Source: Eubacteriales bacterium
Lineage (GTDB): Bacteria > Bacillota > Clostridia > Oscillospirales > CAG-272
Direction: 5' to 3'
Length of the DNA stretch: 64,000 nt
Assembly: GCA_045598385.1 (NCBI GenBank)
Contig: JAZLLY010000016.1
Coordinates: 210,000-273,999, forward strand
This document shows positions 17,232 through 27,867 of this stretch, in pieces. The notes under the pieces were generated by a model. The model had not been told where the DNA came from, ran no database searches, and saw only the letters and a program-made list of their open reading frames with translations. Made by a program: the position numbers and the translations under genes. Positions within the stretch are counted from its first letter, which is position 1. Each line of letters starts with the position of its first letter.

Positions 17232-19535
17232 TTGAACCTTATCGCCATGTACAGCATAGCGGGCGCGACAGCGCTTCTTCTTTGCGCACTTCTCTGCTTT
17301 TTCAAATACCGCAAGTCCGAATGGATGCGCCCGACCGCGAAAGGCGTTGCGCTGGCGGGGGGAGTCGCCTTTTTCTGGGCTTGGTTCCGTGCCACGACCG
17401 CTATCGAAAATACGGAATCGTTCAATATTCATTCTCCGTTCGGCAGTAAGAGTCTTCTCACTCTTTTGACGCTGCTCGTGATCTGGCTTGGCGCCGTCGT
17501 CTGTATCATCGCCGCCATGTATCCGTTTTCAAGCCGTCGCGACGCCGGAAACATTCTCCGGTACATCGGTTTACCCATGGCCCTTATACAGCTCTTATGG
17601 CTCAAAAATCTCGGTATCGCCATCATCGGTCCCGAAGCGCCGGAAGGTCCCGATAACGGCCGCTTATACGCTCTCGCTTTTTATATCGGTTGCGTAGTCG
17701 CGCTGATTGCTTTCGCCTGGCTCGACGATCAGCCGATCCGTATGACGGGAAGAGAGACGCGCCGTATGTTTCTGTTCTTCCTCGGCGGTATGGCGTTCTC
17801 GTTCCCCGCTTATCTGGTTCGTGCCTCGAAATCACTCCTTACCGTCTGGATCAAAAAGATCAACAACATGACGGCGGGTTCCATCATGGATCTCCGTCCC
17901 GATCACCGCATCGTCCTCTATATCGGTCTTCTCTTCGCGATACTGACCTACGTCTTCCTTCATAAAGAAAAGCAGGAGGACATTCACTTCGCCCTGATCT
18001 TCATTTGTCTGGCGACGCTCAACACATTTTCCGTCGATTACACGCTTGACACGTATCTCAACTCAAACTTCTGGCCTCTTCAGATTCCCCTGCATCTTTG
18101 CAACACGGTCATGTATCTCATACCGCTCTGCCTGATTTTCCGCCTGAAGCGACTGTATTACTTTACGTTCTTTGTCAACGTCATCGGCGCGTTCTTCGCC
18201 ATGACGATGCCGAACTATTCCGCGTCCGGCGAACTTCTGGATCCCTCGATGTTCGTATTCTGGGTCAATCACTTCATGGCGTTTTTCATGCCGCTTCTCG
18301 TGATGGCTCTGCAGGAATTCGAGAGACCGAAGCTCAAACAGTTCTTCTACGCGATGACGGCTTTCGCTGGGTACTATCTTCTCGTTCTCTTCATGAACGC
18401 GTGGCTGACCAATTACGGTTCCTGTGACTTTTTCTTCATCAACTCCGACTTCATCACGGACAAGCTCGGAAACGCTGCCGATCACATCCGTGACTTTACC
18501 GTAACGATTCCCCTCAAAGACGGCAAATCTCTCATCTTTTACCCGATCTACCAGGCGTCGTTCTTCGTCGCCTATATCGCCTTTACTTTCGGAATGTGGT
18601 TCCTCTACGAGCAGGGTTTCTCGCTCATGGATCTGTACGTGGATATCGCACACCGGAAAGAAAAAATCAAACTGGACAGACTGGCTTTGCTCTCCGAGCT
18701 TGACGGTCGTTCCGAGGAGGAACCTCTCGACATGGAACACACCGATACTCTCATTCTCAGTCAGGTCACGAAGCGTTACGGTTCAAGTTCCGTTTACGCC
18801 GTGAAAGACGCCGATCTCGAAGTCAAGGGCGGACAGATCTTCGGCTTCCTCGGTCCGAACGGCGCCGGGAAAAGTACGATCATCAAATCCATCGTCGGCA
18901 TTCAGCCGATCACCTCGGGCACGATCTCGATCTGCGGTTATGACGCTATGCGTCAGCCGGTGCAGGCGAAGCGTCAGCTCGGCTTCGTCCCCGACCATTA
19001 CGAACTGTACGAAAACCTGACGGGACGCGAATATATCAACTATATGGCGGACCTGTACCGCGTCTCGCACGAGGACCGCGACGCAAGGATCAGCGAGATG
19101 CTCGAACTCTTCCAGATGAAAGGATCGTTCGACAACCCGATGAAGACATACTCTCACGGTATGAAGCAGAAGATCGCCATTATGGCGGCACTCGTTCACG
19201 ATCCGAAAGTATGGATCCTCGACGAGCCCCTGACCGGTCTGGACCCCGATTCGATCTATCAGGTCAAGGAATGTATGAAACGCCACGCCGCCCGCGGCAA
19301 CATCGTCTTCTTCTCCTCTCACATCATCGACGTCGTCGAGCGTCTGTGCGATCATATCGCCATCATCCGTAAAGGACATATCCTCGTGCGCCGCACGATG
19401 GCAGAGATCGAAGCGACGGGAATGCCCCTCGAAGATTTTTATATGAAAACGATCCGCGGTGAACTCCCCGCCGATGAAAACGGGATCCCGATGGACGCGA
19501 CGCCCGTCGGCAAGCTCGCAGAGGGGAAAGCGTGA
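17232..19535 (+). CDS. Fusion protein: N-terminal YwaF/TMEM164-like polytopic membrane domain plus C-terminal ABC transporter ATPase
   Basis: 767 aa. TTG start after AGGGAGG (an alternative ATG is at 17247). About 500 aa of TM helices contain the PLHLCN motif. The ATPase part has Walker A GPNGAGKST, signature YSHGMKQK and Walker B VWILDEP. Confidence 0.8.
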   Translation: MNLIAMYSIAGATALLLCALLCFFKYRKSEWMRPTAKGVALAGGVAFFWAWFRATTAIENTESFNIHSPFGSKSLLTLLTLLVIWLGAVVCIIAAMYPFSSRRDAGNILRYIGLPMALIQLLWLKNLGIAIIGPEAPEGPDNGRLYALAFYIGCVVALIAFAWLDDQPIRMTGRETRRMFLFFLGGMAFSFPAYLVRASKSLLTVWIKKINNMTAGSIMDLRPDHRIVLYIGLLFAILTYVFLHKEKQEDIHFALIFICLATLNTFSVDYTLDTYLNSNFWPLQIPLHLCNTVMYLIPLCLIFRLKRLYYFTFFVNVIGAFFAMTMPNYSASGELLDPSMFVFWVNHFMAFFMPLLVMALQEFERPKLKQFFYAMTAFAGYYLLVLFMNAWLTNYGSCDFFFINSDFITDKLGNAADHIRDFTVTIPLKDGKSLIFYPIYQASFFVAYIAFTFGMWFLYEQGFSLMDLYVDIAHRKEKIKLDRLALLSELDGRSEEEPLDMEHTDTLILSQVTKRYGSSSVYAVKDADLEVKGGQIFGFLGPNGAGKSTIIKSIVGIQPITSGTISICGYDAMRQPVQAKRQLGFVPDHYELYENLTGREYINYMADLYRVSHEDRDARISEMLELFQMKGSFDNPMKTYSHGMKQKIAIMAALVHDPKVWILDEPLTGLDPDSIYQVKECMKRHAARGNIVFFSSHIIDVVERLCDHIAIIRKGHILVRRTMAEIEATGMPLEDFYMKTIRGELPADENGIPMDATPVGKLAEGKA

Positions 19536-21370
19536 TGGTGTCGGATATTCTGAATAAAACAGCCGCGTTTTTCAAGCGCGCGTGGGCGTGCACTAAAAAA
19601 GGCGCAAGCATCGCGTGGGCGTACACGAAAAAAGGAGCGTGCGCCGCGTGGGCACTCATAAAGAAAGCCGCGCGCGCAGTAAGACACTTTCTCCGGGAAC
19701 TTTTCCTGGATCTCTCTCCCCTCGTCGGGATGCAACTGAAAGAAAAAGCGGATTTTTCATTTCTGCAAACGAAGAAAAAAACGATCACGAAGGTCGTTTT
19801 CACGATTCTCGGCTTTGTCGCCGTCACCGGCGTTTGTTACGGTTTCTTTTTCCTCGCCTCGGCTCTGAAACTGTTTTCTCTCACCGGGACGATCCCGCCG
19901 ACCGTTCTTTCCATCGTTTTTGCCTTTATGTTCGTTCTTTCCACGCTGTCCTGCACGGCAGGGCTCGTGAATATGCTTTATTTCGCCAAAGACAATCATA
20001 TGCTGCTCACTCTGCCCGTCACGGGTCCCGAGCTTTACGTGTCGAAACTGCTCGTTTTTTACCTCTACGAGCTGAAGCGTAACGCGAGCTTTATGGTTCC
20101 TCTCTTCCTTGCGTACGGCATCGTGTCGAACCTGCCTTTCGGCTTCTACCCCTGGATGATCCTGATGTTTCTTTTCGTCTCCATGCTGCCGGTCCTCGCG
20201 GGTGCCATCCTTTCGATTCCCGCGATGTGGATCTATCAGCAGATGCGGCAGTTCCGCTGGCTCCAGGCGATCATCTACGCCGCCGTCATTGGTGCCGCCG
20301 TTTACGGATTGTATTCTCTCATTCTTCTGATTCCCGAAGACCTCAACCTCATCGCCGAGTGGGGAACTGTCATGGCTTCTTTCCAGGATATGCTCGCGTG
20401 GTTTGAGACCAACGTCCGTCCTCTGTATCTTCTGACACTTCTCATCACCGGTAAAAAGATCGGTTTTACTCACAACGTCGTTTTCCCTACCAACGCGACG
20501 ATGCCGGGATCCGGCACGATCTTCCTTTCGATGACGGCGATCATCGTCGTGTTGTTCATCCTCGGTTTTCTTCTGGCAAAGCCCCTCTTCTTCCGCATGG
20601 CGAGCCAGCCGTTCGAGTACCGCAAACGCAATATTGACCGCGACGTGCCGAACCGCACGCTGCCGGGATTTCTTTCCGCCGCGAAAAAAGAGGCAAAGCT
20701 GGCGTTCCGTACCCCGTCCGAGATCTTTACGAACGTGGTGGAACTCTTCGGTCTTCCCCTCATGCTCTTTTTGCTCAACCGTCTGTACCGCGTCATGGAA
20801 TCCAGCGACTTGGGCAATCGGTTTTCCTGCCTTTTCAATATCCTTCTGATGCTTCTCTTCATGCTCTCCGCGAACGTCATGACTTCCTCGGTTTACAGCC
20901 GTGAGGGACGCGCCGCGTATTTCAACAAGGTGCCGCCGACGAATTATTATCCGATCCTCCTGTCAAAACTCTATATCAGGATCGTCGTCCAGGCGTTGAC
21001 CGCCGCCGCGGCAGTCACGGTTTTCTACAAGAACTCCGACTATCTGACGGCGAAGAGCGCCGTTCTGCTCGGGTTTGCTCTCTTCTTCTTCGCCACCGCG
21101 CATCTGTTCTGGTCGGCGGAGATGGATATCATGAACCCGCAGACGGAACAGTACGGCTCGACGGGCGAGCATTCGCACAACCCGAACGAAACACTTTCGT
21201 CGGTATTCGCCATTCTCATCCCCGCCCTTGTGAGCGCGATCTTTTTCTTCCTGCAGAAAGAAAACGCCTCACTGGTTTGGGTCAAACTGTTCTTTATCGG
21301 TTTTTGTCTGTTTGCTCTTAAAATATTTACGTATTTGACAAAAATACGCCTGTATTACAAAGAAAAGTAG
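19532..21370 (+). CDS. Polytopic membrane protein, putative ABC exporter permease partner
   Basis: 612 aa and many TM segments. Its start overlaps the stop of the ATPase gene (GTGATG). The N-terminus carries three 11-aa repeats. Confidence 0.65.
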   Translation: MMVSDILNKTAAFFKRAWACTKKGASIAWAYTKKGACAAWALIKKAARAVRHFLRELFLDLSPLVGMQLKEKADFSFLQTKKKTITKVVFTILGFVAVTGVCYGFFFLASALKLFSLTGTIPPTVLSIVFAFMFVLSTLSCTAGLVNMLYFAKDNHMLLTLPVTGPELYVSKLLVFYLYELKRNASFMVPLFLAYGIVSNLPFGFYPWMILMFLFVSMLPVLAGAILSIPAMWIYQQMRQFRWLQAIIYAAVIGAAVYGLYSLILLIPEDLNLIAEWGTVMASFQDMLAWFETNVRPLYLLTLLITGKKIGFTHNVVFPTNATMPGSGTIFLSMTAIIVVLFILGFLLAKPLFFRMASQPFEYRKRNIDRDVPNRTLPGFLSAAKKEAKLAFRTPSEIFTNVVELFGLPLMLFLLNRLYRVMESSDLGNRFSCLFNILLMLLFMLSANVMTSSVYSREGRAAYFNKVPPTNYYPILLSKLYIRIVVQALTAAAAVTVFYKNSDYLTAKSAVLLGFALFFFATAHLFWSAEMDIMNPQTEQYGSTGEHSHNPNETLSSVFAILIPALVSAIFFFLQKENASLVWVKLFFIGFCLFALKIFTYLTKIRLYYKEK

Positions 21371-21432
21371 TCAATCAAAGCCGATCACCCTGTTCCTTTT
21401 TCCGAATAACGCCCTTTTTGAAAGGCCCGTAT

Positions 21433-21906
21433 ATGAAAAAATCTTTTTTAGTTCTGATCTGTGTGGTATTTATCGCCGCCGTCGTATCCGTCGGAGTATT
21501 TGGTCGTCCTCCTGATCCCCTACTCGGTGCTACCGCCTATCCCGAACATATCGAGTGTGACACATACCGTGTCAATAACGGTGAAGTCAAACTCTTTCGG
21601 AATGGCGACGAGCATTATGATTATTATGAAACATTTTATCTTGACAGATCTGCGGATGCCACGGTGATCGAACTGTTGCCCACCGTTACACCTGTCGAAG
21701 CGAGCAAGGACTGTACCTATGTGATCACATACGCAGAAAGATACACCGGAATCACGATAGACAGTCAGACCGGCGTTATCACGATCGATCACAGTTTCGT
21801 TATCAATTCGTACGGAAAAATACAGGGCGCGAAATCTTTTGTCGTGATCGTCACTTCCAATCAAGACGCCGCATTGCACCAAAAGATCCTCATTATGATG
21901 GAATAA
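21433..21906 (+). CDS. Hypothetical membrane-anchored/exported protein
   Basis: N-terminal MKKSFLVLICVVFIAAVVSVGVF signal/anchor. No recognisable domain. Confidence 0.5.
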   Translation: MKKSFLVLICVVFIAAVVSVGVFGRPPDPLLGATAYPEHIECDTYRVNNGEVKLFRNGDEHYDYYETFYLDRSADATVIELLPTVTPVEASKDCTYVITYAERYTGITIDSQTGVITIDHSFVINSYGKIQGAKSFVVIVTSNQDAALHQKILIMME

Positions 21907-21967
21907 AACCCATCCGCAATCCTGTTTTCACTTTTGTATGCAAAAAATATATATAAGGAGAACCGCA

Positions 21968-24900
21968 ATGAAAACCAAAAGACTTCTCACGATCCTCTGT
22001 CTGTTTCTCGCTCTGCTCCTCATCACCCTCTCCGGATGTTCCGTCGACGACCTCCTCGGCAAACTCGAGGTCAACGGCATTCGTGTCGAAATCTCCGAAG
22101 AACAGAGACATATCACGAAAGGAACGGCATTCGATCCCTCCGTCCTGAAGGTCATCGCGACCAATACGGACGGCACCGAAGCGGAAATTCCCGTCGCTGA
22201 CGTGACCGTATCACAGCCCGATACCGAAAACGTCGGTATCTACACCGTGACCGTCACTTACGGCAAGTTCAACACCTCATTCACTCTTTACGTGGAAGAA
22301 CCCGTCACCGTCACGAAGCTTGACCTTCAGGCACAAGACGCAAAAACCACGTATATCGTCGGTGAAGAATTCGACGATACCGGCATTACGCTCGTCGCCG
22401 AATGGAGCGACGGCAGAACCGAAACGCTGAACGCAAAAGACTGCCTTTCCGGCTTCGACACGACCGAAGCAGGCGAGATCACGCTCTCCTTTACCTACGG
22501 CGGCAAGACGAAAACACTTGACGTCGCCGTCAAAGTGCCCCTCGTGGATACCGGCATTGCTCTCAACACGGCATCCGCCAAAAAACAGTATAAACAGCAC
22601 GAAGCATTCTCCGCTTCCGGGCTCGTCGTCACCGTTACCGACAGCTGGGGGGGGTCGAGAGTTCTCGACGCCTCCGAGTACACCGTCTCCGGTGGAGATA
22701 CCGCGCTGGCAGGTGCAAAGACCGTTACCATCTCCTTCGGCGATCTGACGGCTTCTTACAGCATCAACGTCTCCGCCGCCGCGATCGAGAGTTTCTCCGT
22801 CAATCTGACCAAACTGACCGTGGAAGAAGGACAGACGCCGGATATCAGCGGTCTTCTTGTCACTCTCAAAAAGGAACTGGAAGACGCGCGCACTCTGGAC
22901 GCCTCCGAATATACCGTTTCCGGTCTTTCGGATCTTGCCCTCGGTGAGAATACCGTCACCGTCACGCTCAAAGAAGATACCGCGCACACCGCCACCTTTA
23001 CGGTCGTTGTCCGCAAGGTCAAAGACATCACGCTCGGTCTGACAGACGTCAAAACGAATTATGATCAGCACGAGGACTTCTCCGCTGCCGGTCTTTCCGT
23101 TACGGCAAACCGCACGGACGGCACGTCCTTCCCCGTTGACATCGCAGATTGTTCGATCACCGGTTACGATACTTCCGTATTCGGTACGCAGGTCGTGACC
23201 GTCACCTACAACGATCCGACGTACGGCGCGTTTTCCGCTACGTACCGTATCAACGTCGCAAAAGCCGCTATCCTCGGTATTACCGTCGATACGACAGGCG
23301 TGACGCTGGTTTACGAAAAAGGGCAGGTCGTTGATCTCTCCGGTCTTTCCGTCAAAGTCAGAAAGAAGAACGAAGACGACACCGTCCTCACCCTGGGTGC
23401 TGAAACGAACGGCTACACCCTGACGCACGAGGAATTCGGTGATTCCAAAGAATATACCGTCACCGTCACGCTCGTGGAAGATGACGATTTCAACGAGTCC
23501 TTCAAAGTCATCATCCGCGAAGTCAACGGTATTACCATCAACATCGACTCCGTCAAAAAAGTCTATAAGCAGCACGAGGACTTCTCTGCCGCCGGACTTG
23601 TCGTCACGGCAAACCGCACGGACGGCACTTCGTTTGAAGTTACCGACTACACCGTCAGCGACATTGACACCGAAATCGCCGGTCAGAAGACCGTCACCGT
23701 CAGCTACGGTGATTTCTCCAAAACCTACACCGTTACCGTCAACGCAGCTGCCATTGAGTCTTATACCGTGGACGACAGTGCCGTTACGAAATATTTTGAA
23801 AACGGTTCCGAAATCGACGTCACGACAGGTCTTGTCGTCAAGCTGAAGAAAGAACTCGAAGACGAAGTCACTCTGACCGCTGACGATTACACCGTCACTT
23901 ACACGGTAAACGGCGTCGGTGCATACACCGTCACCGTCACGCTGAAAGAAAACACGGATTATACCGATACCTTTACGATCTACGTTTTCGAACTGACCGG
24001 CATCACCCTGAACACAACTTCGGTCAAGAAAAACTATGAAGTCGGCGAAGCCGTCTCCCTTGATAATCTTCTCGTCTCTCTCAACCGCGGCGCTTTTGCC
24101 CCTGCCCTGACGCTTTCCGCACAGGATTACACCGTCGATACTTCGGCAGTCAACACGGCGTTCCCCGGCACGTATCCCGTCACCGTAAACTACGGCACGT
24201 TCTCCGCTTCTTATAACGTCGTTTATACGATGGATACCATCGCCATGACCGCGTTCGCCAATCCTGCTTTTGTCGACACTTATATCGCGGCGACTTCCGT
24301 CCCCGCTACCGCCAAAGGCGGATACGTCTCGAATAACATCGTTTTCCGCGTCGGAGACGATAACGGTTTTGTCTTCAAACCGATCGCCAAGGCAAGAGAC
24401 GAAGGCGGTACCATTTACACCGTACAGACTTACGAAACCGCGTTTGAACTCTACGAGGGTGAAACGAAACTCGAGGGTGCCGCGCTTTCCGCCGTCGTTT
24501 CGTACAATCCCGCGACTTACACCTACGACTTTACCGAAGCCGCCATCGGACGCAGTTTCACGCTGATTGTATCCGCGATCAACACGACGGAAACGCTGGC
24601 ACCGTTATCCTTCACTTTCATGGTCGTTGACGGCTGGAACGTCTATACCGCTGCCGATCTTTCCCGTATGGCAAACACCAACTGGAACATCAGTCCCTCG
24701 GATACGGCGCCGGCATATAATGAAAAAACCGTCTGGGACGCCTATAAACTCGCGCACGGCGTCGTAAAAGCGGACGGCACCGTTGACGATACGCCGATCT
24801 CCGGCATCGTCCTGCAGAACAGTCTCGTCCTGACGGACGCGGATCTTCCCGCCGGATTCTTTGTCACCGCGGAAGAAGACGTAACCGGACTTGCCGTCGG

Positions 24901-26107
24901 TCACCTCAAGGACTGGACCTACACCTACCATCATCAGCTTGCGGACGGTGAAACGTTCGGCATCTACGGCAACGGTTTCGCGATCGATATCAGCGCTATC
25001 TCTTCCGTATATGATGGCGCAAGTCACCAGTGGGGTTACGGTTCCGATTACTCCAACTGTGATATCTTCAAATTCGAGGGCAATAACGTCGAAAACTATA
25101 ACAATACCAATCCCAACACCGTCGGAAACGCTTCCGTCATCATGCAGGATATCACGATCAAAGGCAACGCGATGCGTACCAACGATCTGGAAGAATTGAT
25201 CCCCGACCTCGGCGGTATGATCGGTATCAAGTTTACCAACTGTAATGCCGAACTCAACAACGCGATCATCACCCGTTCCTTTATCGGTCTTATGGGCGAT
25301 TATCACTCGATCATCGACCTTGACGGCGTCAAGATTTATGATTCTCTGCAGGACGCAATGTTCATGTGGGGCAGCACGACTATCAACGTGGAAAACAGCA
25401 TTATGACTGGTGCCGGCGGTCCTCTGATCATCATGCAGCACGTGGATCCTGACAAAGACACCGTCGGAAACCGTATTCCTACCCTGAACGTCGATGCTGC
25501 TTCTCAACTCGACAATCCCGTCTACGGTGGTGAAGCATGGTTCATAAACAACGGTGCAGAACTCTACGCACAACAAATCATTATGCTCGACAATGCACTT
25601 GCTACGGCGGCAGCCGGATTTAACGGTGGACTCTCCACGTATTCCCTGCCCACCTTTACAAGAAAAACGATTGCGACCACCACAAACAATATTAAATACC
25701 TGAATCTCGTTGACCTGATGATGTCCAACGGTGTCAGTGTCAGCACTGCTACGAGCGGAGCCCAAGGCAAAACCACCATCGGTGATGTCCTCGTCACAAC
25801 GACGATGGCAAACGAAAGAGTCACGAATCTCCGTGCTCTGCTTGCCTCTATTCCTGATATCGGTCAGGATGTCGCCGCACAAGTCATCATCCTCGAGAAC
25901 AGCAACGGATCCCTCGCCTGGACCGATGGAGAAAATCTCTATATGGTCACCGCGACCAATCCCGCAATGTCTCTTACAGACTTTGTCACCGCCGAAAAAG
26001 ATGACTACGATGAATACGGTGATCCGATCGACACCTCCTTCTTCACGGAGGGTGATTATCTCACCGTCCATGCCTTCGGTATGGCAGTCGTCCTCAAGTA
26101 CAACTGA
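21968..26107 (+). CDS. Large surface lipoprotein: about ten bacterial Ig-like (Big_3-type) repeats plus a C-terminal beta-helix-like domain
   Basis: Lipobox LITLSGC after MKTKRLL. Modules of about 75-80 aa recur and end in ...YTVTVTYG.F..S(F/Y).(I/L).V. The ATG at 21968 follows AAGGAG. Confidence 0.8.
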   Translation: MKTKRLLTILCLFLALLLITLSGCSVDDLLGKLEVNGIRVEISEEQRHITKGTAFDPSVLKVIATNTDGTEAEIPVADVTVSQPDTENVGIYTVTVTYGKFNTSFTLYVEEPVTVTKLDLQAQDAKTTYIVGEEFDDTGITLVAEWSDGRTETLNAKDCLSGFDTTEAGEITLSFTYGGKTKTLDVAVKVPLVDTGIALNTASAKKQYKQHEAFSASGLVVTVTDSWGGSRVLDASEYTVSGGDTALAGAKTVTISFGDLTASYSINVSAAAIESFSVNLTKLTVEEGQTPDISGLLVTLKKELEDARTLDASEYTVSGLSDLALGENTVTVTLKEDTAHTATFTVVVRKVKDITLGLTDVKTNYDQHEDFSAAGLSVTANRTDGTSFPVDIADCSITGYDTSVFGTQVVTVTYNDPTYGAFSATYRINVAKAAILGITVDTTGVTLVYEKGQVVDLSGLSVKVRKKNEDDTVLTLGAETNGYTLTHEEFGDSKEYTVTVTLVEDDDFNESFKVIIREVNGITINIDSVKKVYKQHEDFSAAGLVVTANRTDGTSFEVTDYTVSDIDTEIAGQKTVTVSYGDFSKTYTVTVNAAAIESYTVDDSAVTKYFENGSEIDVTTGLVVKLKKELEDEVTLTADDYTVTYTVNGVGAYTVTVTLKENTDYTDTFTIYVFELTGITLNTTSVKKNYEVGEAVSLDNLLVSLNRGAFAPALTLSAQDYTVDTSAVNTAFPGTYPVTVNYGTFSASYNVVYTMDTIAMTAFANPAFVDTYIAATSVPATAKGGYVSNNIVFRVGDDNGFVFKPIAKARDEGGTIYTVQTYETAFELYEGETKLEGAALSAVVSYNPATYTYDFTEAAIGRSFTLIVSAINTTETLAPLSFTFMVVDGWNVYTAADLSRMANTNWNISPSDTAPAYNEKTVWDAYKLAHGVVKADGTVDDTPISGIVLQNSLVLTDADLPAGFFVTAEEDVTGLAVGHLKDWTYTYHHQLADGETFGIYGNGFAIDISAISSVYDGASHQWGYGSDYSNCDIFKFEGNNVENYNNTNPNTVGNASVIMQDITIKGNAMRTNDLEELIPDLGGMIGIKFTNCNAELNNAIITRSFIGLMGDYHSIIDLDGVKIYDSLQDAMFMWGSTTINVENSIMTGAGGPLIIMQHVDPDKDTVGNRIPTLNVDAASQLDNPVYGGEAWFINNGAELYAQQIIMLDNALATAAAGFNGGLSTYSLPTFTRKTIATTTNNIKYLNLVDLMMSNGVSVSTATSGAQGKTTIGDVLVTTTMANERVTNLRALLASIPDIGQDVAAQVIILENSNGSLAWTDGENLYMVTATNPAMSLTDFVTAEKDDYDEYGDPIDTSFFTEGDYLTVHAFGMAVVLKYN

Positions 26108-26136
26108 TCTCTCATCCGATAGATCAAATCTCCCCG

Positions 26137-26165
26137 CGGGCTCCCGATTCCGGGAGCCCGTTTTT
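26137..26165 (+). terminator. Rho-independent terminator
   Basis: CGGGCTCCCG-attc-CGGGAGCCCG followed by TTTTT. Confidence 0.8.
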
Positions 26166-26298
26166 CAAAGCGTTTATCAAAAAGGTTGACGAAAACGCAG
26201 TTTTGCGGTATGATAATAGACGAAAGAAAAGCGAATCGTTCCGGTCATCGGGATCGGACACCGTTCAAAAATACCGCCCTTTCGGGCAAGGAGGTACC

Positions 26299-27039
26299 AT
26301 GAATCCTATAACGGAAGAAAAAGATCTCGTTTTCCGCGCGGAAGATCTTTCCAAATCCTACGGTAAGGGGACGCCGCCGGTCCTCGATCATTTTCATCTC
26401 GAAATACCGCGCGGCAAGATCTTCGGTCTTCTCGGACCGAACGGATGCGGAAAATCGACGCTCATCAAACTGACGGCGGGACTGCTCGTCCCAGACGGCG
26501 GAAAAATCTATATCGACGGCAAGGAACGCTCCGAAGAATCGAACGCATTCATTTCCTATCTGCCGGAGCGGACGTACTTTCAGCCGGATATGATCGTCGA
26601 AGAACTCATCCGCTATTTCGCCGATTTTTACCGCGATTTTGACGAATCCGCGGCAAGAAAAATGCTATCCGACCTTGGCATTTCGACCGACGAGCGTCTG
26701 AAAACGCTTTCCAAAGGTACGAAAGAAAAAGTCCAACTCATTCTCGTGATGGCGAGGAAAGCCAAACTCTATCTGCTCGACGAGCCGATCGGCGGCGTCG
26801 ATCCCGCGGCAAGGGACTATATTCTCTCGACGATCCTCGGAAACTACAATAAAGACGCGAGTATCATGATCACGACGCATCTGATTTATGACGTGGAGCC
26901 CGTAATCGACGCTTTCGCCTTTATGGGGAACGGCGGACGGATCCTCCTTTCCGGAAACGCGGAAGAAAAGCGGGCGGAATACGGTAAATCCCTCAACGAT
27001 ATTTTCCGGGAGGTGTTCCAATGTTCGGGAAATCACTGA
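26299..27039 (+). CDS. ABC transporter ATP-binding protein
   Basis: Walker A GPNGCGKST, signature LSKGTKEK and Walker B LYLLDEP. The ATG at 26299 follows AAGGAGG. Confidence 0.85.
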   Translation: MNPITEEKDLVFRAEDLSKSYGKGTPPVLDHFHLEIPRGKIFGLLGPNGCGKSTLIKLTAGLLVPDGGKIYIDGKERSEESNAFISYLPERTYFQPDMIVEELIRYFADFYRDFDESAARKMLSDLGISTDERLKTLSKGTKEKVQLILVMARKAKLYLLDEPIGGVDPAARDYILSTILGNYNKDASIMITTHLIYDVEPVIDAFAFMGNGGRILLSGNAEEKRAEYGKSLNDIFREVFQCSGNH

Positions 27040-27857
27040 AACACGACCTTTCGTCCGTCAAGCGCCCGTTTTTCATCTCCTCTTTCATCATGGTTCTGAC
27101 GTCGTTTCTCGGCGCGATCTGCAACCGGTACGCCGGAAAAGCCGAGGCGTTTGAAAAAGACGAAACCGTCTTATACAATATCTCTGTCATCATCACCATA
27201 CTGACTGCCGTCTGCGCCGGTATCTACTTTCTGTTTAACCTGATCACCGTCGGAAAACGCTTTTATTCCTCGTTCTATACCGACCAGGCGTATCTGACCT
27301 TTACCCTGCCCGTCAAGCGCTCGCATCTGCTCCTTTCCAAAACGCTGACGGCGTCGATCGTTTCGATCGGTTCCTCGATCTTCGTCGGGATGTATTCTCT
27401 GATCCGCTTTCTCTTCAGTTACGACAGAAAAGAGACTTACAAAGAGTATCTCGATCTTTATAAAAGCGAAAAAGCGGCGATAGGCGGTCAGATAGACCTG
27501 CATATCGCAGAGTACGTTCTCATTGCCCTCGCGGGACTGATTTTTCTTGACGTTCTGATCTTCTCGATCGAAACTCTCGTTTACCGCGCGTCACAGAAAA
27601 AGAAAAACACCTTAAAACTGTTTCTTTTGATCATCTGCGTAACGCTCATCGGACAATGTGCCCTGACGCTTTTTCTTCTCCCGACGGCAAACGCGATCGA
27701 GGGAATGTTCTTCGTTCTCGACGGGTTGTCGAGTCCGGAATCGGCAAAGTATCTCTCGACCGTTTATGCAAAGATCATCCTCGCGCTTCTTTGTTTCACG
27801 ACGCTTTTATACCTTGCGATTTGCCGTTACTTCGAGCATAAGCTCGATCTGCAATAA
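27021..27857 (+). CDS. Membrane protein, putative ABC-2-type permease partner
   Basis: 278 aa with about six hydrophobic segments. It overlaps the ATPase gene by 19 nt. Confidence 0.6.
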   Translation: MFGKSLKHDLSSVKRPFFISSFIMVLTSFLGAICNRYAGKAEAFEKDETVLYNISVIITILTAVCAGIYFLFNLITVGKRFYSSFYTDQAYLTFTLPVKRSHLLLSKTLTASIVSIGSSIFVGMYSLIRFLFSYDRKETYKEYLDLYKSEKAAIGGQIDLHIAEYVLIALAGLIFLDVLIFSIETLVYRASQKKKNTLKLFLLIICVTLIGQCALTLFLLPTANAIEGMFFVLDGLSSPESAKYLSTVYAKIILALLCFTTLLYLAICRYFEHKLDLQ

Positions 27858-27867
27858 GGAGGACGTC

